From assembly GCA_030141605.1 (NCBI GenBank), contig JAQGDQ010001949.1, positions 1-19,578 of the forward strand: a DNA stretch of 19,578 nt, written 5' to 3'. Of the stretch, positions 10,451 to 19,578 are shown in pieces. Origin of the DNA: Tubiluchus corallicola (lineage: Eukaryota; Animalia; Priapulida). Under the pieces are notes generated by a model. That model had not been told where the DNA came from, searched no databases, and worked only from the letters and a program-made list of their open reading frames with translations. How positions within the stretch are numbered: position 1 is the first letter of the stretch; each line of letters begins with the position of its first letter. The position numbers were made by a program, and so were the translations under genes.

Positions 10451-11939
10451 GTAAGTGTAACATTTTTAGCTATAGTGTTTGTGTTGAAGACTAGATTGCA
10501 TAGTCATGAATTTTTTTTACTTTTTTTATACTATGATGAATGTTATCTAGTGTTTCGACTGACATGTTTTCTCGCCAAGTTAATATGCCTGTGTACTGGA
10601 AATCTTGCACTAGCAGCTTTCGCTTGTTGTCGGCTTTGGCCACCTTGTGGTGATTTTTGGCCTAATCACGTGATCAATTTGATCTGGGTCAGAGGCCTAC
10701 TGTGAAGTGAAGACGTGTCATGATAAGTTGATAAGATATTGTCATTATCTGTTTACAATTGCTCATGATTTGGGGCTAATAACGTATGTATATTCTCTAA
10801 TTACTTTAATAAACTTTTAATAAAAGTGCCAAAGAAGTTAGTGCCAAAAAAATAACAAATAAAAAAACAACAGCTAGGTATTAATTAATATGACAGTACA
10901 GTGTAGAACTCTTAATTATGTAAAATTGACTTTTGGCTAGCGTTATTTTTTGTTATTTGTTTATTTCTTATTTTTTGGCACTAATTTCTTATGTTTAGAT
11001 GGAATGACATGTTTTGGCAAATAAAGAGCAAAGAAAGTGCAAAATTTAATCGAGCTTCAAATTTGGTTTTGAAAGCCCAAACAGCCTGTAACAATACATC
11101 GATGCATCGTGATACCTTTTGTGACTGTACGCGTATCGTCAAATTACACCATTATCACGATAATCTGAATCATTGATATATTTAACACAAGCTTAACTAT
11201 CTGAGGATAAAAACAGAATAGATAGGTAACAATCAGTGCAGTGAGCATAGCATTAGCAGACTTGACCTTGACACAGGCAGACCTACTGCTAGCAACCAGC
11301 CAAAGCGAAGGGGTTAAAATATTGTATTTATGATAACCTATAGTAGGTTAATTACGTTTTTCTTATAAGTTCCTGAAATGACTTGCTATTTCAGGTTTGT
11401 ATTTGATAAACGCAGTAGAATGTATAAGAATTTACAGGCTTGTCTTGCTGTTTCGTAGCAGCTTTCAATGTGCTCTGTCTGTATTACTAATTGAATTTGC
11501 ATTAATGTTTTTGGTCTGCAGCCATTTTTGTACCCTTTATTTTTCGTTTTACTGCTACTGCCCTAAATTTAGTCATAAGTCATAAGTCATTTATTTCACC
11601 TTACACATTTACAATGGTTACATATACAATATCTAGTGAAAGGGATATAATACAAATAAGAAATACTGCACAGGAAAAGCCTCAAACACTGTTCACTTAT
11701 ACACGAAGGTAAATGAGTTGCGGGCAATCAAAAAGATTTAATGCCATGGAGAGTATATAGTACGTAATGCAATATTTACTTTCTATGTAAAGCATTGACA
11801 AACTACCTTCTTCTGTTATGTTATGCTTTGCTTGTGAATTTTACACTATACACTATAGTTAGCTTTATAAGATTGCTAAGTTTTTATTATTAATGGTGAT
11901 TGCTTTGATTAAGATGTCATAACGTATTTATTTTTACAG

Positions 11940-12430
11940 TTTGGAAGATTATTTAGCTCCTAGTCATGAAGATGCTGCAGGCGAAGCGACTAGTGCTACC
12001 CCGAGCACTGATGCAACGGTGCTGCCACCACCACATAAACCGTCCGCTCATTCCAGGAGAACTCGTTTTCCGTCCGGTCCTGGGAACCCCAGGAGAATAC
12101 CCGTGCCGTTTAATTCTGGCCTCGCGCAGCTTCCGAATCCGACGTGCCTACCGAGCATCGCCGCTCCGTTAGCCGCGCCCGACGTAAAACCGTCCCTCCC
12201 GAAAGTGATTCCGCTTCCCGTGCCACAGCTTATGGTGCCCTTACGCAGTTCTGACCCCTCTCTTCTTTCCGCTGTACCTAGTGTCCATTGTCCGGTCTTA
12301 CAAACACAAGATAGTGATAATAAACTACCTGTGCCAGTTTTAATACCAAACATTAATAGGCTATCAGATGGCTCAGGGTTAGCTCCAGAACTAAAATCAA
12401 AATCTCTAAATCCTTTGCTTGTACCAAATG
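11940..12430 (+). CDS. Candidate alternative proline-rich exon (phase 2 in; phase 1 donor at 12430, or terminal with TAG 12445-12447)
   Basis: TTATTTTTACAG|T TTG GAA is in frame with the RH2 exon (TT|T = Phe); 163 open codons, markedly GC-richer than the flanks; AATG|GTAAAT donor just before the stop. Confidence 0.6.
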
Positions 12431-13380
12431 GTAAATTTAATATATAGGCTCTAATTTAACTTGCCTCTCATGACATTCACGGATTTATTTTTAAATAGCA
12501 AATGTAATATTGTAAATATTGTTAATATGGACCAAATATTTTGAGCAGGGATGTATTTTACTAAACGTAAGAAACTTATCTTAAAATATAATTTTGTATA
12601 AGGATGGGTACTAGTCTACGAATGCCATTTTATTTCATGCAGAACTGTGTAGCTTAGTTGATTACCGATACTTATTAATGTTTTTTATCATTCTTCTTTA
12701 GAATAACAATATAAATGTTCTGTATTTTCATTAAATTTTGAGATTAGTAAACTACTTTTAAAGTTAGTAAACGATTCCAGTAACTTGTCTCCTCGCCTGT
12801 TCCCGTGGTTACGCCTTTGCCAACGTGACATCGCATGCAACCAGTGTCTTTCAGCAACAGGTAATTTTGCCACATACGCCCACGCTGTTGTTTCTAAATT
12901 AATATCTAATTTGCGCTAACACTTAACTGTTTGCAATTACACCTTTATTTGTAAGGTAAAAAGACAGCAAACTTCTAACAATTTAGATGCAAATTTGTAA
13001 ATCTACTGTAGGTAACTTTCACTCGTTTAATTTTGTTAATTTTTTCATGCCAAGGTGCTGCTTTCTAATATTAACATTCTAAGCATCTTTTGTCTGTCAT
13101 CAATCTTTTCCACCAGCATTGAATTGAAATTTCACCACTAACACACTCTCCCGTGCTAAAACTCGTTACATCTTTGCGTTTTTCTTCCACTTACATGTTT
13201 CAAAATCAACTAGCGACTTTCTGGTAGGACACTTGAAGGATTTATGAATTTTGGAGCACTATGGGTTGCGGAGTCGGGGCTAACCCGGGCAGCCATCTGT
13301 TTTCCAACCAAGTAACAAAGGTTTCGGTTCCGAATTAACGATAAATACTTCCTCTAACACGAACCTCGCATTTTTTACAG

Positions 13381-13457
13381 GTCGAAGGGAGATGATTGCG
13401 CTTTTCGCAGAGATGATTGAGCTTTTTGCAAATTTCCTGTTACTGAGGGTGTTATGA
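13381..13457 (+). CDS. Candidate alternative exon (phase 1 in): GRREMIALFAEMIELFANFLLLRVL*
   Basis: Branch-like CTCTAAC (13352-13358) and CATTTTTTACAG acceptor; phase matches the 12430 donor; TGA at 13455-13457. Confidence 0.4.
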
Positions 13458-13627
13458 TTATTGTTGTTGTTGGTTTTTTGCATCCGGGAGAGGAACTTCG
13501 ACTGTCGGACACGAACTGGTTCCTTTGCGGTTAACTTGCTTTCACTTTTGCATGCCCTGTTTTTTGCCCATAGTGCTCCATTGATTAAGATTCTGCGTTC
13601 TAATCGCCTGTTTCGTTTGTTTTTCAG

Positions 13628-13765
13628 CTTCAGCAACCTTTTCAGTTCCGAGAAGCCGGTCAAGCGACCACCGCCGGTCAACGTCAAGTACAATGCACCG
13701 ACCACTCAACTTAGTCCGATGCATGATCCTATGAGGAAAAAGAAACTTGGTTTAGACTATGAATC
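13628..13765 (+). CDS. MAPK8IP3/SPAG9: JIP3/4 exon (phase 2-2): FSNLFSSEKPVKRPPPVNVKYNAPT...LGLDYES
   Basis: TTTTTCAG|C TTC AGC...GAA TC|GTACGT; completes the conserved IWxFFSxLFS and VNxxYxxPT motifs; phase matches both neighbours. Confidence 0.92.
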
Positions 13766-13773
13766 GTACGTAT

Positions 13774-14275
13774 CTCTTCTTCTTCCCAGCTTTTCCCTAT
13801 GCGGGGTCGCCGTTGTGAATGAGTCTTCTCCACGCATTCCTGTTGTTGACCATCTCTTCATTTATGTCTTCCCTTCCCACATGATCTTCACCGACTCTTC
13901 TTTTCAGGTGTCCATACCATCGCAATTTTGCGAGGCTTCCACTACTTTTACTGTTCCTCTGATATTATTATTTCTAATTTTATCTCTTCTTGTTATTCCC
14001 ACCATCCATCTCATCATCCTCATCTCCACCACACCCATTTTCTTCTTTTCGGTCTTCTTTAGAGAAGCTGCTTCCAGCCCGTAGATTACAGCGGGTCTGA
14101 CCACTTCTTTGTGGACTTCACCTTTAAGTCTCACCGACTCATTCATAGAAGGTTTTGGCGCAGTTTTTACAGGCGGGTGCCTTTCCTGACCCTAACCCTC
14201 CCTATTTATTCGGGCTTGGGACTGGCACTGAGTTGTGCTGGCTTGCCCCCCCCCCCCCCCCCCAGTGGCTAGGTT
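13774..14275 (-). mobile_element. Bipartite non-autonomous RTE-clade retroelement (5' UTR fused to 3' ORF end), 17-bp TSD
   Basis: Minus-strand peptide LKGEVHKEVVRPAVIYGLEA...EMRMMRWMVGITRRDKIRN resembles the RTE post-RT region; 3' tail GAAGAAGAAGAG; 5' part GTCCCAAGCCCGAATAAA..GGGTT..CAGGAAAGGCACCCGCCTGTAAAA resembles RTE 5' UTRs; TSD CTATGAATCGTACGTAT at 13757-13773 and 14276-14292. Confidence 0.88.
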
Positions 14276-14474
14276 CTATGAATCGTACGTATGTTGTTCG
14301 CTAATTGTTAAAGAAAAACAGACTCAAATTTGAACTGCAGCCCAAAATGATCTATGCTATAAAATATTGAAAAGGAACATAACGATTTTTTTCAAGATTA
14401 ACTTATACGTACAAGAATTATAACCACGAAAACGTAATTTCTCGTTCACATGGCAATTTCTTCGCTGTTACATG

Positions 14475-14609
14475 AATATCAGTTTAAAAATCCGTGTAAA
14501 AATTACTGTAAAATAAGAGTTTAAAAATCTGTGTAAAATCACTGTAAAATATCAGTTTAAAAATCCTTGTAAAAATTACTGTAAAATAAGAGTTTAAAAA
14601 TCCAGTAAA
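14475..14609. repeat. 36/37-bp tandem repeat, ~3.5 copies
   Basis: AGTTTAAAAATC..GTAAAA(T/A)..ACTGTAAAATA repeated, with alternating TCAG/AGAG variants. Confidence 0.9.
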
Positions 14610-15143
14610 GTACACTTCAGTTCTATTCACAAAAACTTCAGTGAACTTTCGGTATACCAAACATACTTTTTTAATAATTGTCACATTTGGCAAAAATTAC
14701 ATTACAGAAACCGAATATTTGCTTGATACTTTTTACAAAATTTGTCCTCGCAGTATAGTAATATGTGCACAAATGTTTTGGTGATTCACGTCGTAAACTT
14801 TGGCAAATTCTTCTACATAAAAAATGACAAGTTTTATTCTCACATTAAAGGAAACCTTTTGTTTTCAACCTTTGATAAAATGTTACCTTGAAATAGTGAA
14901 ATACCTGCACATGATTATCACAATGTGTTTGCAAACGAAAACCCACTTTTGCCTTTTCTACTGATCATTCGTTATTTTGGCCTTCTCATGCCTTGACCAG
15001 CGTCCACAATACTCGGAACGCAATACTCTAGCAGTAGACGATAATATCTTTCAATTTTCCAACTATTCTTGCATTTGTTCTGTTTCTTATCCAAGTACGA
15101 CAAGCTTGGTTACAGTCGTTGAAATTACTGTACGTATTTCTAG

Positions 15144-15384
15144 ACTTTCCGAGAAGACTCAGCAGAAACGCATGGAAGAACGAAGGGAACAGTACAAGCA
15201 AGTGCGCGCACACGTGAAGAAGGACGACGGTCGTATGCAGGCATACGGGTGGAGCTTGCCCGCTAAAATACAAACGACGCCCAAGAAGTCTGCAGGCGAT
15301 AGTTCTGCAGGTAAAGGGTCTGGCATAGGCGTGCCAGTACCGGTCTACTGCAGACCTCTAATGGACAAAGAGCCAACTATGAAG
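15144..15384 (+). CDS. MAPK8IP3/SPAG9: JIP3/4 exon (phase 2-0): LSEKTQQKRMEERREQYKQVRAHVKKDDGRMQAYGWSLP...VPVPVYCRPLMDKEPTMK
   Basis: TTTCTAG|A CTT...ATG AAG|GTGAGT; conserved REQYxQVxxHVxxxDGRxQAxGWSLP and VPVPVYCRPL motifs. Confidence 0.97.
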
Positions 15385-15962
15385 GTGAGTTCTACGGTGA
15401 ATCAAAGTCTGCTTATAAAGTGCTGCCTTTGTTTCAATTAGTAAACTTGTTTATTAAATTTGGCAATGATTCCTAACCCGAGCTACATTACAGATATGTT
15501 CAGTGGTAGTGTACTGTCGCTTAACTCAATTTTTGAGAAGCCGTTAGACAAATTATTAGAGAGAATGACTTTCTGAGTCCATTATGGGATGATTTTTTTC
15601 TGTGACCTTTTCTGGTTTTACTCTTCCTCCAGGAATTTTACTGATGAGCAGAACGAACGGGTCAAATTCAAATAATTTCTGTCTTCATGTTTGATTTTAC
15701 CTGCCCAGATGGTTGATACAACAGTTGAAATTCAAGTCAAATCACATTTGTTTAGTATAATCAGTCTACTATATGCTCATATCTTTCAAGTTTGCCTTTG
15801 TACTGGCATAAGAACAAGCAGGATTGCAGGTGAGCAAACTTCAGAAATATCCGTCTTTTCGGAAAAACAACCCGTGGCATGGACACAGGCGAAATCTGGC
15901 TCACTGTTGAGTCTCTCTTTAGTTTTGTAAAAACTCGAAAACGGCCGTGTGAATCTTGGATC

Positions 15963-16350
15963 AAACCAAGCTGTTTCTGGGGCATTTATGGCATTTGTGC
16001 AGTTAAAAACCAAGCTGTTTCTGGTACACTTGTGGCATTTGTGCATTTAAGAACCAAGCTGTTTCTGGTGCACTTGTGGCATTTGTACATTTAAAAACCA
16101 AGCTGTTTCTGGTGCACTTGTGGCATTTGTGCATTTAAAAACCAAGCTGTTTCTGGTGCATTTGTGCAGTTAAAAACCAAGCTGTTTCTGGTACACTTGT
16201 GGCATTTGTGCATTTAAGAACCAAGCTGTTTCTGGTGCACTTGTGGCATTTGTGCACTTAAAAACCAAGCTGTTTCTGGTGCACTTGTGGCAATTGTGCA
16301 TTTAAAAACCAAGCTGTTTCTGGTGCACTTTTCGCATTTGTACGTTTAAA
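15963..16350. repeat. Minisatellite, 44-bp unit x9 (one 35-bp deleted unit)
   Basis: Unit AAAAACCAAGCTGTTTCTGGTGCACTTGTGGCATTTGTGCATTT; CAAGCT anchors at 15967, 16011, 16055, 16099, 16143, 16178, 16222, 16266, 16310. Confidence 0.97.
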
Positions 16351-16598
16351 ACACTTTTGGGAATGAGACAAATATTGCCAACTAGTAGGACAGTTTTCAA
16401 GCACCAGCATTTACCTCACCAGTTTGCAATAAGGAAAAATCCCTGATCTTTCTGCACAGTTTTTAGGATAAATCATTAATGAAGAAAAGCATTTTACACT
16501 ACTCGTGTCAGAGAGAAAATGAAATGCTGTTATTAATTAGCTCATATAGAGAAGAAATGCTGAGTTTTAGTTTTCTACACAGTATTCTGTTTTTGCAG

Positions 16599-16763
16599 CT
16601 GTGGTGTGCTGCTGGTGTGAATCTTACCGGTGGTAAGACCCGAGATGGAGGCTCTATTGTTGGTGCTAGTGTGTTTTACAAGACGCCACCACCGTCATCT
16701 GAGGTTAGCTGCGATCGGAAAGATTCTGTGTCGGACGTGGACAAATTAGAGCAAGAGTTACAG
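16599..16763 (+). CDS. MAPK8IP3/SPAG9: JIP3/4 exon (phase 0-0): LWCAAGVNLTGGKTRDGGSIVGASVFY...KLEQELQ
   Basis: TTTTTGCAG|CTG TGG...TTA CAG|GTGAGA; conserved KLWCAAGVNLxGGxTRDGGSxVGASVFY motif. Confidence 0.97.
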
Positions 16764-17960
16764 GTGAGAAAGTGATGCACTTGTGTTCAGAATGAGATTA
16801 GGCTTTCATTTAATTGCTCATCCAGTTTACTTGCTTTTTTATTATTCTCTCGAAAATCTGTGATGCTGTCATAAATGGTGCATGCAAAAAGTCAAAAGCA
16901 ACGAAATTGTTGCCAAATTTTATTAATGCAGCAACTAGTGCAGTCTCAGTTAAAGCAAAATCGGACCAGTTTTAAACTGTAGGTCAAAACAATCTACTCT
17001 TTAAAATATTGAAAAGAAACGTACTATTTTTTCAAAAATGACTTACGTGAAAGAATTATTATCACACAAACACAATTTCGCGTTCGCACCACTAGTTCTT
17101 CGCTGTTACGTGCATTTCGCCATTCGCTAAATAGGCGGGCACTAACGGTTGCATTTCTGAAATGCATTGCACAAAAAACAGGTGCTGTACCTCTCGGTTC
17201 AGATGTGTTAGTTTCTAACGAACTACACATGTTCGAAAGCTCATGAGTGAGCACAGCAGTAAATTTGAAATTTGAATTGTATCTTAAAACTTGCCTAGTT
17301 TCTATACAACACACTGAATATCTTACAGTAGCACTGTACTTCAATTTTTGCTTTCGCAAACACGTGTAACATGCTGATCGAATATTTTTGCTGTTGAAAA
17401 TTGTGTTCATTTGTGAGGTCATCAATAGTTGGGCTCCGTTAATTAAGATTTAATCTATTATTTAAATATTAGAAACACTTTTTTTCAGTATTATTGGTGT
17501 CAAAATGTATACTTTTTATCGTACTTCAAAATGGGATAGCATATGAAAATTCATCCTGTCTTGCTGTACTAGGCATGTTTATTACCGTTCCACACGTGTT
17601 TCATCGTGTTAAGAAGACTGTAAACAAATCAAATATGACATTATTCACCAAAACACACCTACACAAAAATTACACAGATTATGCATTAAGTATCAGTTAT
17701 AAACATTTCAAAAAACTTACAAGAATTTTACTAAATTTTCGCAAGAAGTTGCTTGTTTTCATAGAATTAATTTAATACTTTGCTCTGTGATATCAAGTTA
17801 TAACTTGCTGTATGCATGTCCGAGGTAGGTGCTAGATCGTAACCAGCTTTACCAGCAGCACATTAAATTTAAGTCTGTTTATGTCCAATTGCTGGACGGA
17901 ATGCCATAAACGCTTGAACAGAAGCGAGTGGATAAATTTTATTAACCAATAATTTTACAG

Positions 17961-18144
17961 GATCACAACAAAGAGTTGAAGGAGAAGGAGGAAGAGGATC
18001 AGTCTATTTCCTCCCTGGTGTGGATTTGTATTTCTGCACCAGGTGGCAGCAAAGTTTGTGTTGTAGACGCCAATAACCCAGCCGATGTACTTGAATCCTT
18101 CCGCGTATGTTCGTCCACGCTTCTATGTATAGCCAGCATTCCAG
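17961..18144 (+). CDS. MAPK8IP3/SPAG9: JIP3/4 exon (phase 0-1): DHNKELKEKEEEDQSISSLVWICISAPGGSKVCVVDANNPADVLESFRVCSSTLLCIASIPG
   Basis: TTTTACAG|GAT...CCA G|GTGAGT; conserved SSLVWIC...SKVxxxDANxP...LLCIASxPG of the WD40-like region. Confidence 0.96.
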
Positions 18145-18217
18145 GTGAGTAGATTTTTTTTACTTCCTTAACCTCTCTGCTGTATAAAAGTGTTTTCTGC
18201 TTTAGTACGTGAAATAT

Positions 18218-18546
18218 TGTCATCAGTTAACAATGTCATCAGTTAACAATGTCATCAGTTATCAATGTCATCAGTTAACAAATGTCATCAGTTAACAATC
18301 TCATCAGTTAACAATGTCATCAGTTAACAATGTCATCAGTTAACAATGTCATCAGTTAACAATGTCATCAGTTAACAATGTCATCAGTTAACAATGTCAT
18401 CAGTTAACAATCTCATCAGTTAACAATGTCATCAGTTAACAATGTCAGTCAATTAACAATGTCATCAGTTAACAATGTCATCAGTTAACAATGTCATCAG
18501 TTAACAATGTCATCAGTTAACAATGTCATCAGTTTACAATGTCATC
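18218..18546. repeat. Minisatellite, 16-bp unit x~20
   Basis: TGTCATCAGTTAACAA repeated almost perfectly. Confidence 0.98.
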
Positions 18547-19578
18547 TGCAGCGACAAAATATTGCGATGTTTTATCTTATTCTGAAAATTTTATTAATTA
18601 ACAGATCGGTGTTAGACAATACAATTTTGAAAATTAGCAAATTTATATTTGTACAACATATTTTCTGTCATTTAACTGATTGTCAAAGTTCGTAAAAAAC
18701 GAAAATGGATTAGTGGTTTCTTAACTTGATAATTAGTTAAATAATAAGATGCAATGTATTCTGCTTAAAAAGTCCACCTTGGTGTGAGGCTAAATGTATT
18801 TATTAAACAGTTGGATTTATAAACCCATAGATACCTATTAATTATTAAGTATAATTAGCCGTTGTAATTGTACATTTTTTTAGGTGCTGCCATCTATGAA
18901 CTAATCCTTTTACATTTTACTAGCTAAACTCACCCCCAGTATAATTGTACGGTCCAGTGAATGGATATTCACTGGATCGCATCCCTATTTTACAGTAATG
19001 GTTTTTGTGAAGCCAAGTTTTCATAATCACCTATACCTATATATACTGACTGGATTTACTTTGTAGTCACTGTCTAACTCTCAGTGATCAGTGCAGGACA
19101 CTCTTGTTCTCAGTGTTCAGTGCAGCAGTCATTCTACATATGTGTATGTAGTCTAATAAACGCTTTTTCAGTTTTGTGCCAATATGTAGTATAGTTGTTT
19201 ATTCTTGTTCTACGAAGTGAGTTATCTAAAACTTCAAACATGAATTTCACAGTACGTGTAGTTTTTTAATGAAGCCAAGGCTCTTAACACTCGGTAAACT
19301 TCTTGCAAAAAGACGTTAGTAAAATGCAAAGATTTACCAGCGTTCATGTAATTAAAGGAACTCGCATAAAATACGTGTTGTTGTCTGTAATGCTGTTACT
19401 CCTTATATGTGATAAGCTGTTTGACAAGTTTAGAAATGCAACACGTGTAACTTTAATATCGGTGATGATTCAGCAGTCATATATTTGAGTCATTAACATT
19501 CTCGCAGACAGCTGTTTATCAGCAATAATTAGAGTCTTAGTTTTACCAAGTTATGTACACAAAATGAGTAAGCAAGAC

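Noticed and set aside
11540-11585. Acceptor-like TTTAG at 11572 giving F-HKS-stop
   Set aside because: No credible donor or other support; such sites are frequent in AT-rich introns.
12048-12353. Antisense and alternate-frame ORFs over exons (also 8049-8246, 10376-10705, 13280-13705, 15028-15273, 17999-18223)
   Set aside because: Shadows of + strand coding sequence with no recognisable products.
13261-13338. Short ORF MGCGVGANPGSH... resembling a myristoylation/palmitoylation start
   Set aside because: Its possible donors are phase 0 and fit neither the 13381 nor the 13628 exon; no promoter evidence.
13388-13447. GAGATGATTG repeat plus CTGA as a possible C/D snoRNA
   Set aside because: Box C is imperfect, there is no terminal stem, and it is too short; better explained as a 21-nt repeat (EMIxLFA twice).
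15304-15316. Internal CAG|GTAAAG donor within the 15144 exon
   Set aside because: Phase 1, incompatible with the next exon, and would drop the conserved VPVPVYCRPL motif.
18884-18927. TTTTTTTAG|GTGCT as the next JIP3 exon
   Set aside because: Reads GAAIYELILLHFTS-stop with no donor and no family similarity; the next exon is probably beyond the window.

Overview
This is AT-rich eukaryotic (invertebrate-like) genomic DNA, not prokaryotic. The window lies inside one + strand multi-exon gene, the JIP3/JIP4 kinesin/dynein adaptor and JNK scaffold (MAPK8IP3/SPAG9; Drosophila Sunday driver, C. elegans UNC-16). Seven canonical GT-AG exons (5194-5251, 8055-8259, 10263-10450, 13628-13765, 15144-15384, 16599-16763, 17961-18144) join with consistent phase. 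They encode leucine zipper II, RH2 and the start of the C-terminal WD40-like region; both gene ends lie outside the window. Introns hold several non-autonomous DNA transposons (hAT-like, piggyBac-like, possibly Kolobok-like), a bipartite RTE retroelement, minisatellites and a long (CT)n. Three observations stand out. (1) Two 18-nt frame-preserving microexons with RBFOX/UGC signatures are bracketed by an inverted MITE pair. (2) A phase-compatible alternative module after RH2 joins a 163-codon Pro-rich exon to a hydrophobic exon whose single UGA interrupts a frame that runs into the canonical exon. (3) A retroelement's 17-bp TSD duplicated a splice donor. All splicing claims are sequence-only predictions.
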